Below, piece after piece: positions 42,568 to 54,095 of a stretch of 64,000 bases of DNA. Position 1 is the first letter of the stretch, and each line of letters opens with the position of its first letter. The position numbers and the translations under genes are program-made. The notes beneath the pieces were generated by a model that was not told the DNA's origin, did not search any database, and saw only the letters and a list, made by a program, of their open reading frames with translations. Origin of the DNA: Opitutales bacterium (GTDB lineage Bacteria > Verrucomicrobiota > Verrucomicrobiia > Opitutales > PNEW01); NCBI GenBank assembly GCA_965197745.1, contig CBDANS010000007.1, forward strand, positions 1,344,001 through 1,408,000. Reading direction: 5' to 3'.

Positions 42568-43620
42568 CTATAAACTTTTATAGATTTCAGTGTCTTTCGG
42601 GTTTAGAACGAAGAGGTGTGAATCTTGCAAGAGAGCGGTTTTTTTCTCCATATCACAACGTAGGGGGAGCTGAGCGACACCGATTAATCGGCGCATGATT
42701 TCTACTCCAGAGAATTGCAGAGCCAACTCATAGGAAAATTCAGAGGTCGATCGGTACGCTTTTAAAAAACGGAGAATTAAATCATTATTTATTTCAGCTA
42801 ATGTAAAGTGAGCCAGCGTGACCCCGATTTCAAATTCGGGAATTCCGAAAAAAGAGAATTCAGGATCAATAATTTTCAATCCGTTTTCAGTCCTCAACCA
42901 GCTGCCCGGGAAATAATCACCGTGCAACAGGGTGGGGCCATCCTCCAGATATAATCGCCCCAGTTTACTTACTGCTTCTACAAAAATGGCATTGTTAATC
43001 AGTTTGTCAGCCGCTTGTTGAAGCCCTGAAGTGATGGCATCGAGGTCCATACCATTGTTCTGTAAGAGAGGGAAATGAAATATATGTTCATGGTTAAGTT
43101 CTCGCATATCCCGATTTGTCAACGAGCCCCGGTCTGCTTCATCAAAGGGAAGTTTATGGAGCTTGCTCAACCACTCAGCTAAAGCGTCAATCTCCTCCGG
43201 GAGCAACTGACTCCCCAGGTATATATCGGTATAGTCTCTTGACTCACCCAGATCTTCGATGGCAATAATGCGAGACAGGGGGTCAAGGTCATAAAAATCA
43301 GGCATTCTTTCTTTCACCCCAGGGTGTTCTTTAATGAGTTCGTAAAAACGGGCTTCGCGTATAACGCGATCCCATGGAGCATCAATACTCGGGTATTTTT
43401 CTACCCACGGTCTTGACTGTTTCAAAATGATCGAGCGGTGATCAGTTGAAATGCGGAGCGTGCAGTTCATGTTCCCCTCGCCAGCCGTCTCAGCTTTAGT
43501 TACCCTTTCATTCGCATTAAGTAATCCACGCTTTTGCAGATAGCTTTCCACAATTTCAGATTCATTTTTATCCAATAGAGTGATTTGAGGATATTCTTTA
43601 AGTAGTTCCTCTTTATTCAT
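42568..43620 (-). CDS. Phosphotransferase, APH/methylthioribose-kinase-like
   Basis: GEGNMN, ILKQSRPW, LLHGDYFPGS, IIDPEFSFFG. Confidence 0.82.
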   Translation of the reverse strand: MNKEELLKEYPQITLLDKNESEIVESYLQKRGLLNANERVTKAETAGEGNMNCTLRISTDHRSIILKQSRPWVEKYPSIDAPWDRVIREARFYELIKEHPGVKERMPDFYDLDPLSRIIAIEDLGESRDYTDIYLGSQLLPEEIDALAEWLSKLHKLPFDEADRGSLTNRDMRELNHEHIFHFPLLQNNGMDLDAITSGLQQAADKLINNAIFVEAVSKLGRLYLEDGPTLLHGDYFPGSWLRTENGLKIIDPEFSFFGIPEFEIGVTLAHFTLAEINNDLILRFLKAYRSTSEFSYELALQFSGVEIMRRLIGVAQLPLRCDMEKKTALLQDSHLFVLNPKDTEIYKSL

Positions 43621-43897
43621 TATATTTTCCAGCGGGGAATTAATGTCGGATAATAGATGCTTCCATTTAATGATAGTATGGATTTATAGATCAATAGCGA
43701 ATGGATACCCCATATACAGTATATCCAGTGAGAATGATAAATTAACGGGCTGATGATAAAAACCGTTCTTAATAAGTCTGTATGAGCTGTTAAATAATTC
43801 GAAATCATGGAAGCGAAGCATATTTTTTATAAAAAGATTGAGATGTTATGAATAAAGGTAAACCTTTGGCACCAGAGAATATTAAGATTATCGCATA

Positions 43898-45085
43898 ATG
43901 AATATACACGAGTATCAGGCAAAGTCGTTATTTGAAGAATATGATATTCCAGTTACGCCAGGTGCTGCTGTCCACATGCCAGAGGAGATTGATGGAGCGC
44001 TGGCGAGACTGTCCGGGGAGAAGCTGGTTGTAAAAGCGCAGATTCATGCCGGGGGACGTGGCAAGGGAACCTTTGTCGATGGTTTAAAAGGAGGAGTAAA
44101 GCTGGCTTCATCGAAAGAAGAAGCAGATAAACTGGCTCGAAGAATGTTAGGTAATACGCTGGTTACTCATCAGACGGGTCCTGAGGGGCGTGAAGTAAAT
44201 ACCGTTTATTTTTCTGATGCTATTGCCATTAAGAAGGAATTCTATCTCGCAATTCTCCTCGACCGAGCAAGCTCGCATCCGGTGATTGTCGCGTCAACCG
44301 AAGGGGGAGTGGATATTGAAAAGGTAGCTGATGAAACACCGGAGAAAATAACTAAAGTCTTTATTGATCCAGCTTTAGGAATAAAACCCTATCAAGCTCG
44401 CCTTGTCGCATTCGGACTCGGATTTAAAGGAAAGGATGCTTTACAAATGGGCAATATTGTCAGTTGCCTCTATCGTCTTTTCTGGGAAAAAGATTGCTCA
44501 CTTGTTGAAATCAATCCGCTCGTAAGCACACCTGACGGTGGTATTGTCGCTTTGGATGCCAAAGTAAGTTTTGATGACAATGCTATTTTTCGCCACCCGG
44601 ATATTTCGGAAATGCGAGACCTCAATGAGGAAAATCCAAAAGAAGTCGAAGCCTCCAAGTATTCTTTAAATTATATCGCGCTTGACGGCAATATTGCCTG
44701 TCTCGTTAACGGCGCCGGACTGGCGATGGCAACGATGGATATTATTAAACATTATGGCGGTAATCCGGCAAATTTTCTTGATGTGGGAGGTAGCGCTACC
44801 GAGGAACAGGTTACCCAGGCCTTTAAAATTATACTCAGCGATCCCCATGTAGAGGGCATACTTGTCAATATCTTCGGGGGAATAATGCAGTGTGATATTA
44901 TTGCCGCCGGAGTAATAGAAGCAGCCAAAGCAGTAAAAATTTCTTTGCCACTGGTGGTTCGACTGGAAGGGACAAATGTTGATACCGGCAAGAAATTACT
45001 CGAAGACAGTGGACTTGCTATTACTTCAGCCGACAGCCTTGGCGAAGCTGCCCAGAAGGTCATCGCCATGGTGAAAAATAATTAA
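43898..45085 (+). CDS. sucC: Succinate-CoA ligase beta subunit
   Basis: MNIHEYQAK, KAQIHAGGRGK, EINPL, NGAGLAMATMD, NIFGGI. Confidence 0.98.
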   Translation: MNIHEYQAKSLFEEYDIPVTPGAAVHMPEEIDGALARLSGEKLVVKAQIHAGGRGKGTFVDGLKGGVKLASSKEEADKLARRMLGNTLVTHQTGPEGREVNTVYFSDAIAIKKEFYLAILLDRASSHPVIVASTEGGVDIEKVADETPEKITKVFIDPALGIKPYQARLVAFGLGFKGKDALQMGNIVSCLYRLFWEKDCSLVEINPLVSTPDGGIVALDAKVSFDDNAIFRHPDISEMRDLNEENPKEVEASKYSLNYIALDGNIACLVNGAGLAMATMDIIKHYGGNPANFLDVGGSATEEQVTQAFKIILSDPHVEGILVNIFGGIMQCDIIAAGVIEAAKAVKISLPLVVRLEGTNVDTGKKLLEDSGLAITSADSLGEAAQKVIAMVKNN

Positions 45086-45121
45086 TCCATCATTCTTAAT
45101 TCCTAATTCTTAATTTATAGA

Positions 45122-45997
45122 GTGAGCATTCTGGTAAACAAAGACACTCGGGTTGTGGTTCAAGGTATCACGGGGAAAGCGGGAGGATTTCACGCCCGCC
45201 AGTGCCTGGAGTATGGCACCAATATCGTTGCCGGCGTGACCCCGGGAAAAGGTGGCCAGACTTTTGAGGATAAAGTTCCAATCTATGATAGTGTCGATGA
45301 AGCCGTTAGGCAAGAGGGAGCCAATGCAACCCTGGTATTTGTTCCACCCCCATTTGCCAGCGATTCCATACTGGAAGCAATAGATGCAGGAATTGAGCTT
45401 GTTGTCGCTATTACCGAGGGAATCCCGGTGCGCGACATGACGGAAGTAAAGGCCAAGCTTGAACGTTCCCAATCCCGAATGATTGGACCTAATTGTCCGG
45501 GGATAATCACCCCCGGTCAATGTAAGATGGGTATCATGCCCGGATATATTCACAAGCCAGGCAAGGTGGGCGTAGTCTCCCGATCCGGGACACTAACTTA
45601 CGAGGCAGTGTGGCAGTTGACGTCTCGCGATCACGGACAGAGCACCTGTATTGGTATTGGCGGCGACCCTATTATTGGGACTACCCACACCGATGCGGTA
45701 AAGCTTTTTAATAAAGATCCAGAGACCGAGGCGATAATAATGATCGGGGAAATTGGTGGTGATGCTGAGGAAAAAGCCGCTGAGTATATTAAAGACAATG
45801 TTAAAAAACCGGTTGCCGCATTTATTGCCGGAACAACCGCTCCTCCGGGGCGACGCATGGGCCATGCCGGGGCCATTGTCTCAGGAGGGAAAGGGACTGC
45901 CGCGGCAAAAATTGAATCGCTCAAGGAGGCGGGTATTGCTATTGCTACAACCCCATCGGAAATTGCGGAAACCCTTTTTACGGTTTATAAAGGCTGA
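45122..45997 (+). CDS. sucD: Succinate-CoA ligase alpha subunit
   Basis: [31 protein letters not shown]. Confidence 0.98.
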   Translation: MSILVNKDTRVVVQGITGKAGGFHARQCLEYGTNIVAGVTPGKGGQTFEDKVPIYDSVDEAVRQEGANATLVFVPPPFASDSILEAIDAGIELVVAITEGIPVRDMTEVKAKLERSQSRMIGPNCPGIITPGQCKMGIMPGYIHKPGKVGVVSRSGTLTYEAVWQLTSRDHGQSTCIGIGGDPIIGTTHTDAVKLFNKDPETEAIIMIGEIGGDAEEKAAEYIKDNVKKPVAAFIAGTTAPPGRRMGHAGAIVSGGKGTAAAKIESLKEAGIAIATTPSEIAETLFTVYKG

Positions 45998-46017
45998 AGT
46001 GGCAGCTTGAGAGGATA

Positions 46018-48057
46018 TTAAGAGCGACCTCGGCTGGAATAATTTCTACGCCCTCTTTGCTTACGTCTCCCCAGGTTTTTTGATGGAGGGTGTAAATGGT
46101 CGCCCTTGCGCAGGATATCGATCTGATCACGGAGGAGAGCAGCCTGTTCAAAACGGAGATCTTCTGCTGCTGCCAGCATCTCAGTCTCCAGTTCCGCGAT
46201 AACCAAAGCCACATCCTGGTCCCCCCTCGCTTCTGCTACAGAAACAGGGTCAACGGCATCACTTTTATTATCGTAATGCAGACTGGCCTGAACAGACCTT
46301 TTAATGCTTCGAGGAATGATTCCGTGTTCGGTATTGTAAGCCAATTGCTTTTCCCGCCGCTGATCGGTAATTTCGAGGGTCTTTTTCAGCGAGTCATTTA
46401 ATTCTTCAGCGTAAAGAATAACGCGTCCTTTTTCATGACGCGCGGCTCGACCAGCGGTTTGGATCAGACTGGTCAGGCTTCGCAAAAATCCTTCTTTGTC
46501 AGCATCGAGGATAGCGACGAGAGCGACTTCGGGCAGATCCAGACCTTCACGCAAGAGATTTACCCCGACTAAGACATCGAAGTCACCGCGTCGTAAGTTA
46601 CGTAATATTTCCACGCGCTCAATAGCGTCAATATCACTGTGAAGATATTCCACGCGAATTTCTCTCTCTCGCAGGTAAGTACTCAAGTCTTCCGACATAC
46701 GTTTGGTCAGCGTTGTCACAAGGACACGCTCTCCCGTTTTCACCGCCTCTTGTATTTCACCAATGAGATCTTCAACCTGGCCTTTGGTAGGACGAATTTC
46801 CATTAGTGGATCCAGCAATCCCGTCGGTCTGATCAGTTGTTCCGCTACGGTCTTAGAGAGCTGCAAATTATTATCCGAGGGGGTCGCGGAGACAAAAAGT
46901 GCTTGTCCGGTGATCTCATTAAATTCGTCAGCCCGCAAAGGCCGATTATCGAGCGCCGAAGGCAGGCGAAATCCAAACTCGACAAGTTTCTCTTTGCGTG
47001 AGCGATCGCCACGGTACATACCGCCAATTTGAGGAACCGTGGCGTGGCTTTCGTCAATGATGAGTAGAAAATCCTCAGGGAAGAAGTCTATCAGGCACGA
47101 TGGGCGTTCGCCGGGATTGCGGCCAGAGAGATGTCGGGAGTAGTTTTCAATTCCACTGCAAAAACCCATTTCCTGCAGTAATTCAAGGTCGTATTCCGTG
47201 CGCATGCGAATTCGTTGAGCTTCGAGCAGGCTCCCCTTTTTTTCATATTCACGGACTCTCTCCTCTAATTCTTCACGTATTGCCTGAATAGCTGAGTCTA
47301 ATTTGCGGCGCGGTGTAATATACTGGTTGGCGGGGTATAAATGAAAATGTTCAAGCTTATGACCGGTTTCTCCCGTGAGGGGGTCCAGTTCTTCTAAATT
47401 TTCAATCTCATCACCCCAGAATTCAATTCGAATGGCGCTCTCCATATAAGCGGGAAAGACATCGACCACTTCTCCGCGTACCCGGAAATGACCCCGTGTG
47501 AGTTCAACATCATTGCGCTCGTAAAGATTCTCAACTAAACGTTCGAGAAATATGTCGCGACTATAATTTTTACCAATACTGAGAGGAATCATCATCTCTT
47601 TGAAATCATCCGGAGAACCCAGACCGTAGATACAGGATACACTGGCCACCACGATAACATCTCGCCGACTGATCAAGGCACTCGTAGCCGAGATGCGAAG
47701 GCGTTCAATTTCATCGTTAATTGAGGAATCTTTCTCAATGTAAGTGTCGGTTTGAGGTATGTAAGCTTCCGGTTGATAATAATCGTAATAACTGACGAAA
47801 TATTCTACGGCATTATCAGGGAAGAAATTTTTAAATTCCGAATAGAGCTGGGCAGCCAGGGTTTTATTGTGTGATATGACGAGGGTAGGTCGCTGCAAAC
47901 ACTCGATTATGTTGGCCATCGTAAATGTCTTTCCCGAACCGGTCACCCCCAGCAGTGTCTGATAGCCATTACCTGACTTGATGGAATCCACTAAGGATTT
48001 AATTGCCTGGGGCTGATCACCAGTTGGGTGGTAGTCCGCTTTTAATTGAAATTTCAT
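46018..48057 (-). CDS. uvrB: Excinuclease ABC subunit B
   Basis: [47 protein letters not shown]. Confidence 0.98.
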   Translation of the reverse strand: MKFQLKADYHPTGDQPQAIKSLVDSIKSGNGYQTLLGVTGSGKTFTMANIIECLQRPTLVISHNKTLAAQLYSEFKNFFPDNAVEYFVSYYDYYQPEAYIPQTDTYIEKDSSINDEIERLRISATSALISRRDVIVVASVSCIYGLGSPDDFKEMMIPLSIGKNYSRDIFLERLVENLYERNDVELTRGHFRVRGEVVDVFPAYMESAIRIEFWGDEIENLEELDPLTGETGHKLEHFHLYPANQYITPRRKLDSAIQAIREELEERVREYEKKGSLLEAQRIRMRTEYDLELLQEMGFCSGIENYSRHLSGRNPGERPSCLIDFFPEDFLLIIDESHATVPQIGGMYRGDRSRKEKLVEFGFRLPSALDNRPLRADEFNEITGQALFVSATPSDNNLQLSKTVAEQLIRPTGLLDPLMEIRPTKGQVEDLIGEIQEAVKTGERVLVTTLTKRMSEDLSTYLREREIRVEYLHSDIDAIERVEILRNLRRGDFDVLVGVNLLREGLDLPEVALVAILDADKEGFLRSLTSLIQTAGRAARHEKGRVILYAEELNDSLKKTLEITDQRREKQLAYNTEHGIIPRSIKRSVQASLHYDNKSDAVDPVSVAEARGDQDVALVIAELETEMLAAAEDLRFEQAALLRDQIDILRKGDHLHPPSKNLGRRKQRGRRNYSSRGRS

Positions 48058-48261
48058 CGGCTAGAGGGTGAGCGATAAACCATCAAAATTTATAAATGGT
48101 ATAATTAAGCGTTAAAATCGCTCCTGTCGAGCTTGGCAACTGGCTTTTGAATAAGCGGTTATCACAATTTTTTGGTTGAGTAACTATTTATTCAGGTGCA
48201 TCCCTATTACTTTTGAACAGTATACAGGATATTGTTCAAATTATATAAATAAAGCCTCCCG

Positions 48262-48870
48262 ATGATTTCACACCAGCATAAATGTATTTTAATCAAGGTC
48301 CCTAAAACTGCAGGCACGAGTATCGCGCTGGCTTTGAACTGTGCGCATATATTAAAGCCACATCGAAATATCATTGAAATAAAAGCCGCCTTAGAAAGTA
48401 ACCCTGGGATCGGGATTTAAAATATAGGGGAGACGCCAACGGTTGATTGTTTTAAAGAATATTTCAAATTTGGTTTTGTGCGAAACCCCTGGGATAGAGT
48501 AGTCTCTCTTTATAATCGTAAAGAGGGGATACAAATGTCGAATGTTATGAAATTTGAACAATTTGTGGATTGGATAAATTTCAGCAGTGATGCTTGTGTT
48601 CATCCATCGCAGCATAAGAATCAGCTGGATTGGTTTACCGACGATAGCAGTGCTGTAATTGTGGACTTTATCGGAAAATACGAAAACCTGGAAAGTGACT
48701 GGCTTAAAATATGTGAGATGCTGTCTGTTAATATTACCCTCCCTCACGCGAGAAAAAATCCATTTAATAAACGTAATTATACTGAATATTATACAGATCA
48801 AACGAGGGATATTATTCGAGAAAAATTTCACGTGGATATTGAGTATTTTAACTATGAATTTGGTATTTGA
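48262..48870 (+). pseudogene. Sulfotransferase (Sulfotransfer_2) gene with an in-frame premature stop
   Basis: MISHQHKCILIKVPKTAGTSI...GIGI*(48418-48420)NIGE...FKFGFVRNPWDRVVS...DFIGKYENL...DIEYFNYEF in one frame. Confidence 0.85.
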
Positions 48871-48931
48871 ATCTTCTTGCTTTAAGATTTTCTCTCTCGC
48901 TTGATTAATTGCTTAGCTTTTAAGTATTCAG

Positions 48932-49108
48932 TTGAATCATAATATAATCATAGCCTTAATTCTTTTTGGCCTTGTCATTGCCTGGTTCATTATTCGCTTT
49001 TTTATACGTCTTACTCTCCGCCTTTTTTTCTTTTGCTTCTTAATTATTGTCCTTCTTGGGATCGCCTTATTTGTATTCCATCCCTTTAACCTGCAATCTC
49101 CATTCTAA
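48932..49108 (+). CDS. Small two-helix membrane protein (58 aa)
   Basis: TTG start; MNHNIIIALILFGLVIAWFIIRFFIRLTLRLFFFCFLIIVLLGIALFVFHPFNLQSPF; its TAA abuts the sulfatase ATG. Confidence 0.55.
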   Translation: MNHNIIIALILFGLVIAWFIIRFFIRLTLRLFFFCFLIIVLLGIALFVFHPFNLQSPF

Positions 49109-50623
49109 ATGAAAAATAAACCGAACATCCTTTTTATCATCACCGACCAGCAGCGGGCTGACACACTTGGATTCTTAAAAAGAACGCCTTGCCAGACACC
49201 CAATATAGACAGATTAGCGAGCAGGGGAATTTCATTTGATCAGTGTATCACCCCGAATCCGATTTGTGGACCTGCTCGCGCCGCAATATTTTCCGGTCGC
49301 TACCCACACCAGCTTAGGAGTGAGGTATTTCCTGAAGGCCTTGGCGTTACGGGAAGAGAATATGGTAAGGATATGATGCTGAATACCTATTCAATCCGTG
49401 AATCTCCTGATCTCACCAACCTCCTTAAAGCGGAGGGATATTCTACTGCTTATGCGGGAAAATGGCACGTGGGAGAAGATATCATCGGTGACTGGTTTGA
49501 AAGAGCAGAGGGAAATAGATTAATTAATTATGACAAGTGGATTAAAGAGAATAATCTTCCCGACGGGTGGGCCATGAATGACAATGAGGTAAAAACAAAC
49601 CGGTTTCCTCATATGTCGATACCCTTTCCTAAGGTGAGTCCGCTGGAAGCCTCACAAACGGTCGATGCCTGGATCGCCGATATTGCGATACGACAGATAG
49701 AAGAGCGCCCTGTAGACCAGGCTTTCTTTCAGGTCTGCAGTTTCATCGGGCCCCATCCACCATTTAAAATCCCTGAGCCTTACTTCAGCTATTATGATCC
49801 TGAATCTATTCCCGAACCTCCAAATTTCAATCCATCGGCCTTAGAGCCCGCATGTAAATATTATAGCTTTTACCGGAACATTAGGCAGGACTATAGTGAG
49901 GACTGGAGTGAATGGAAAAAGTCCGTTGCCGTCTACTGGGGATTTGTAAAATTAATGGATGATCAGGTGGGACGTCTAATCGATTGCCTGGAGCGTGATC
50001 AGTTGCTCGATGAAACATTAATCATATTTTGCAGTGACCATGGGGAGATGCTTGGCCAGCATGGATTATGGCAAAAAATGCAACCCTACGAAGAGTCATT
50101 GCGCGTACCCCTTGTCATGGCTGTTCCAGGAATGAAGGAGGGGGATGGTATTCGCAGTCAAGCCGGGGCTTCACTCATCGATATAGCCCCCACCATCCTT
50201 TCCGCGGCCGGTGTTAAAGCACCTGGAAATTACGAGGGGATCGATCTTTCACCAGCATTTACTGGGGGGACACCGTTAAAAGAGGATCGTATGCTATTCA
50301 GTGAACAGAAACCACTCGGGCATTTTCACGGAGAAGTAGATTGGCGTCTGGCCACAGATAATCGCTATAAATATGTTTGGAATCGCACGGATCGAGACGA
50401 ATTTTATGATCTATCAGCAGATCCTTTGGAAACCGAGAATCTAATAAATAATTCAGATCTAAATTCAGTGATTTCAACATACCAGGATGCTTTATTCAAC
50501 TGGTTGAAAGATACCGCTGACCCGCTTTTATCCGACTATGAATATGAATTGTCTTTGAGTGATCGGGTGAGGGATATTCTGCTAAAAAAAATTGATATTA
50601 TTTACACCAGGAATCGGCCCTAA
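49109..50623 (+). CDS. Formylglycine-dependent sulfatase
   Basis: KPNILFIITDQ, CGPARAAIFSG (CxPxR), GKWH, PHPP, SDHGE. Confidence 0.95.
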   Translation: MKNKPNILFIITDQQRADTLGFLKRTPCQTPNIDRLASRGISFDQCITPNPICGPARAAIFSGRYPHQLRSEVFPEGLGVTGREYGKDMMLNTYSIRESPDLTNLLKAEGYSTAYAGKWHVGEDIIGDWFERAEGNRLINYDKWIKENNLPDGWAMNDNEVKTNRFPHMSIPFPKVSPLEASQTVDAWIADIAIRQIEERPVDQAFFQVCSFIGPHPPFKIPEPYFSYYDPESIPEPPNFNPSALEPACKYYSFYRNIRQDYSEDWSEWKKSVAVYWGFVKLMDDQVGRLIDCLERDQLLDETLIIFCSDHGEMLGQHGLWQKMQPYEESLRVPLVMAVPGMKEGDGIRSQAGASLIDIAPTILSAAGVKAPGNYEGIDLSPAFTGGTPLKEDRMLFSEQKPLGHFHGEVDWRLATDNRYKYVWNRTDRDEFYDLSADPLETENLINNSDLNSVISTYQDALFNWLKDTADPLLSDYEYELSLSDRVRDILLKKIDIIYTRNRP

Positions 50624-50640
50624 CCCCATTTCCGCTTGAT

Positions 50641-51945
50641 TTAATTTTCGATCGCATAGATTTCTTTTTCGCCTTCGGTCTTGCCGATAATGACTGCGCC
50701 ACAGGTATCACTGTAGACATTAACCGCGGTGCGGCACATATCGAGGATGCGGTCCGTAACCCATACCAGCCCAACGGCTTCAAGGGGAAGGCCGACAACC
50801 CCAAGAATAACGGTAATCGCAACAAGGCTGGCAGCCGGAATTCCTGCAACTCCTACAGAAGTTAATAATGCCAGGAGGACTACGGAAAACTGGGTCGCAA
50901 AACCGATTTCGAATCCTTGCAAAACACCGTAAATCTGCGCGATAAAAATGATGACAACACACTCATAGAGTGCGGTGCCATCCATGTTAACCGTCGCTCC
51001 CAAGGGGAGGGTAAAGCTGGCGGTCTTATTGGAAACACCCGCATTCTTTTCTACTGTCTCGAGAGTAACAGGTAGGGTTGAAGCAGAAGATGCGGTGGAA
51101 AATGCAGTAAGTAAAACCGGTGCCATCGACTTGAGATGCTGGAGGGGATTAACTTTTGCTGCAAATTTTAATAATAATCCTAAATTGAGTAAAAGATGAA
51201 TGCCCAACGCTAGAACAACGGTGATAAAAAATAAGAGCAATGGCTTAAACAATCCGAATCCTGTTCGCAGGATGATCGGCGTTACCAGTCCAAATACTCC
51301 TATTGGTGCAAATTTAATTACTAAATTGGTGATTCGCATCATTACACCCTGAATACTTTCCCATAAAGTGGACTGGAATTCTAAATGTCGCTGTGAAAGC
51401 TTGCTGATAAAATAACCGAAGAGCAGGCTGAATACGATGAGCCCTAATAGTTGTCCATTATCAGTAGCCGCTTTTATGATGTTTGGTGGAATCATACGAA
51501 TAAATATATTGACCATTTCACCACTTCCCCGGCCTTCAACTTTATCCATAAATTGATCTGCACTCTGTGCCTGCCCTACAATTTGAGCTGCAAGTTCAGA
51601 AGAGACAGACCCTGGTCTGATAATGTTTACAATCAACAAACCGATGATTATTGCGAGCAATCCTGAAACTGTATAGTAGACAAGGATTTTAATACCCATT
51701 CGACCGAAATTACGTTCAGAACCAAGACCCATAATGCCGCAAATAATTGAAGAAACAATGAGCGGGACTACTATCATCTTCAGGGCATTCATGAATATTA
51801 TGCCGATAAATTCGCAAGTACTCACAAGTCCAACTGCATAACCACTATGCGCGTGATCGGCTATTTTAATGACAATGCCAATCACAACAGCCAGGAGTAT
51901 GGCGCCCAGAATTTGCCAGTGTAGCTTCCACTTAAGCGGGTTCAT
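50641..51945 (-). CDS. Dicarboxylate/amino acid:cation symporter (DAACS)
   Basis: AFSTASSASTLP, LPLGATVNMDGT, DRILDMCRTAVNV. Confidence 0.95.
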   Translation of the reverse strand: MNPLKWKLHWQILGAILLAVVIGIVIKIADHAHSGYAVGLVSTCEFIGIIFMNALKMIVVPLIVSSIICGIMGLGSERNFGRMGIKILVYYTVSGLLAIIIGLLIVNIIRPGSVSSELAAQIVGQAQSADQFMDKVEGRGSGEMVNIFIRMIPPNIIKAATDNGQLLGLIVFSLLFGYFISKLSQRHLEFQSTLWESIQGVMMRITNLVIKFAPIGVFGLVTPIILRTGFGLFKPLLLFFITVVLALGIHLLLNLGLLLKFAAKVNPLQHLKSMAPVLLTAFSTASSASTLPVTLETVEKNAGVSNKTASFTLPLGATVNMDGTALYECVVIIFIAQIYGVLQGFEIGFATQFSVVLLALLTSVGVAGIPAASLVAITVILGVVGLPLEAVGLVWVTDRILDMCRTAVNVYSDTCGAVIIGKTEGEKEIYAIEN

Positions 51946-52047
51946 GCTGATACAAGTAGAAGGGAAAAAAGAATACAGTCAACTCGTTAGAATATGAGCT
52001 CTTTGCAGGTAGCACTTTCTTTAATGATGCTTAATTTAAATAGCGTC

Positions 52048-52284
52048 TTAGAAGATAAAAGGAGAATGTTGAACTTTCCCTAATACGGTATTGAGAGAAT
52101 GCGACCTATAGGGTGAGGGCGTATTTAAAGGCCTGGAAAAAAGCGCACTGAGGCGAGATAAATCGCGATCTGCATCCATAAGGACCTTACTGTTAATCAC
52201 TTCTTTTAAGGGTAATAAGTGTTCTGTTTTCTCCAGAACTGTTTGGCTATTGGAAATCTCCAGGATAAATGCTACCTGTTTCAA
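52048..52284 (-). CDS. Hypothetical protein (doubtful)
   Basis: ORF fills an intergenic gap; no recognisable motif. Confidence 0.2.
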   Translation of the reverse strand: MKQVAFILEISNSQTVLEKTEHLLPLKEVINSKVLMDADRDLSRLSALFSRPLNTPSPYRSHSLNTVLGKVQHSPFIF

Positions 52285-52486
52285 CTGGGGCTTTTTTTTA
52301 AGTGACCTCGAACGAGGAAATAGTTTTCATCAATCTGTAAGGAATAAATTAAGTAATTATATTCACTTTTCTTTTTGCCGCAGATTTGAATTAATGAAGT
52401 GTCAGTTTCGGGAATATGCACCCCGTGTATTTTTCCATTGAATATATCGCTGGTTGCACTAACTTATAATGTAATTTTATTTCACT

Positions 52487-53674
52487 ATGATTATTAAACC
52501 ACGTGTCCGCGGTTTTATATGCGTAACAGCTCACCCGGCTGGGTGTGCTGCGCATGTTCAGGAACAGATTGACTATGTGCAAGGGCAACAAGCTAATGAG
52601 GGTGGGCCTAAAAATGTTCTTATTATAGGAGCTTCGACTGGCTATGGATTATCCACACGCATCGTTAGTGCTTTTGGCTACAACGCGGCAACGATCGGTG
52701 TTTTTTTCGAAAGACCTGCGAGTAATGGAAAACCCGCGTCTGCGGGATGGTACAATTCGATTGCTTTTGAAAGAGCTGCTCATGAAAAAGGTTTATATGC
52801 GAAGAGCATTATGGGTGATGCTTTTTCTGATGAGATCAAGAATCAAACGATCGATCTGATAAAAAAAGACTTAGGCAAGGTAGACCTGGTTGTTTATAGC
52901 CTGGCTTCCCCTCGGCGTACTGACCCGAAAACGGGAGATACATATAAAATGTCCCTTAAACCCATTGGCCAGACACTCCATGACAAGACGCTTGATACTG
53001 ATAAAAAAATAGTCATGGAGGATAGCATTGAGCCGGCGACAGAAAAGGAAATTGTAGAAACGATAAATGTTATGGGGGGTGAGGATTGGGAATTATGGCT
53101 GAATGCCCTTATGGCAGCTGAGGTCCTTGATGAAGGCGCTACGACTGTCGCTTATTCCTATATCGGTCCTGAAGTAACCTGGCCTATTTATAAAAATGGC
53201 ACGATTGGTATGGCCAAAGAAGATCTTGAAAAATCCGCGGCCAAAATTGATTCGAGATTAAAAACTATTGGTGGTCGCGCATTCATCTCCATTAATAAAG
53301 GAGTCGTGACCCAATCCAGCTCGGCTATTCCGGTTGTTCCTCTATACTTTTCTCTTCTTTTCAAAGTAATGAAAGAAAAGGGATTGCACGAAGGCTGTAT
53401 TGAGCAAATACAGCGACTTTTCACCACTAATCTATATAATGGGGCAGTGCCCGAGTTAGATGAATCGGGTAGAATACGCATAGACGATCTGGAGATGCGG
53501 GCTGACGTACAGGAAGCTGTGGCCGAACTTTGGCCCCGGGTTACTACCGAAAACCTTGAAGAGATTTCAGATTTTTCCGGCCACCAGCGCGAATTCTTAA
53601 GACTCTTCGGCTTCGGTTTTCCAGGTGTGGATTACGATGAGGATATTAATCCGGAAGCAAACTTCGAGACCTAG
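52487..53674 (+). CDS. fabV: Enoyl-ACP/trans-2-enoyl-CoA reductase FabV
   Basis: MIIKPRVRGFICVTAHPAGC, GASTGYG, YSLASPRR, VMGGEDW, YSYIGP. Confidence 0.95.
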   Translation: MIIKPRVRGFICVTAHPAGCAAHVQEQIDYVQGQQANEGGPKNVLIIGASTGYGLSTRIVSAFGYNAATIGVFFERPASNGKPASAGWYNSIAFERAAHEKGLYAKSIMGDAFSDEIKNQTIDLIKKDLGKVDLVVYSLASPRRTDPKTGDTYKMSLKPIGQTLHDKTLDTDKKIVMEDSIEPATEKEIVETINVMGGEDWELWLNALMAAEVLDEGATTVAYSYIGPEVTWPIYKNGTIGMAKEDLEKSAAKIDSRLKTIGGRAFISINKGVVTQSSSAIPVVPLYFSLLFKVMKEKGLHEGCIEQIQRLFTTNLYNGAVPELDESGRIRIDDLEMRADVQEAVAELWPRVTTENLEEISDFSGHQREFLRLFGFGFPGVDYDEDINPEANFET

Positions 53675-53688
53675 TTGCAAAGCTCAAT

Positions 53689-54078
53689 TCAACGCGATTG
53701 CAGTCTGATTTTTTCAAAGCCGGCTTTGCGGCAGGTATCCATGATAAAAGTTACATGCTTAAGATAGGAATCCTCGTCGGCGAGGATTAAAACAGGCAGT
53801 TCCAAATCAATATGTGCGGCGAGACTGATAGCGGCAATGAGTTCGTTCCGAGTCACTAAAGTCCCGTTATAATAAAATTCACCTTCAGGACTGATTCCCA
53901 CCTCCAAGCGTTCTATTTGCTTGTTTTTTCCGGCAGTCTCAATCTTTGGAGGCAGGATATTGAGAATGCTTATATTCCGAAATTGCATAGAGACGAGGAA
54001 AAAGAAAATAAGGACGATGAGCACATCGACGAGGGGGACAATATTTATCTCGGCCTTACGCCTCCGTTTTTTCTCCAT
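53689..54078 (-). CDS. ExbD/TolR-family protein
   Basis: INIVPLVDVLIVLIFFF, ILADE. Confidence 0.92.
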   Translation of the reverse strand: MEKKRRRKAEINIVPLVDVLIVLIFFFLVSMQFRNISILNILPPKIETAGKNKQIERLEVGISPEGEFYYNGTLVTRNELIAAISLAAHIDLELPVLILADEDSYLKHVTFIMDTCRKAGFEKIRLQSR

Positions 54079-54095
54079 AGGACTTATAGTTCAGG

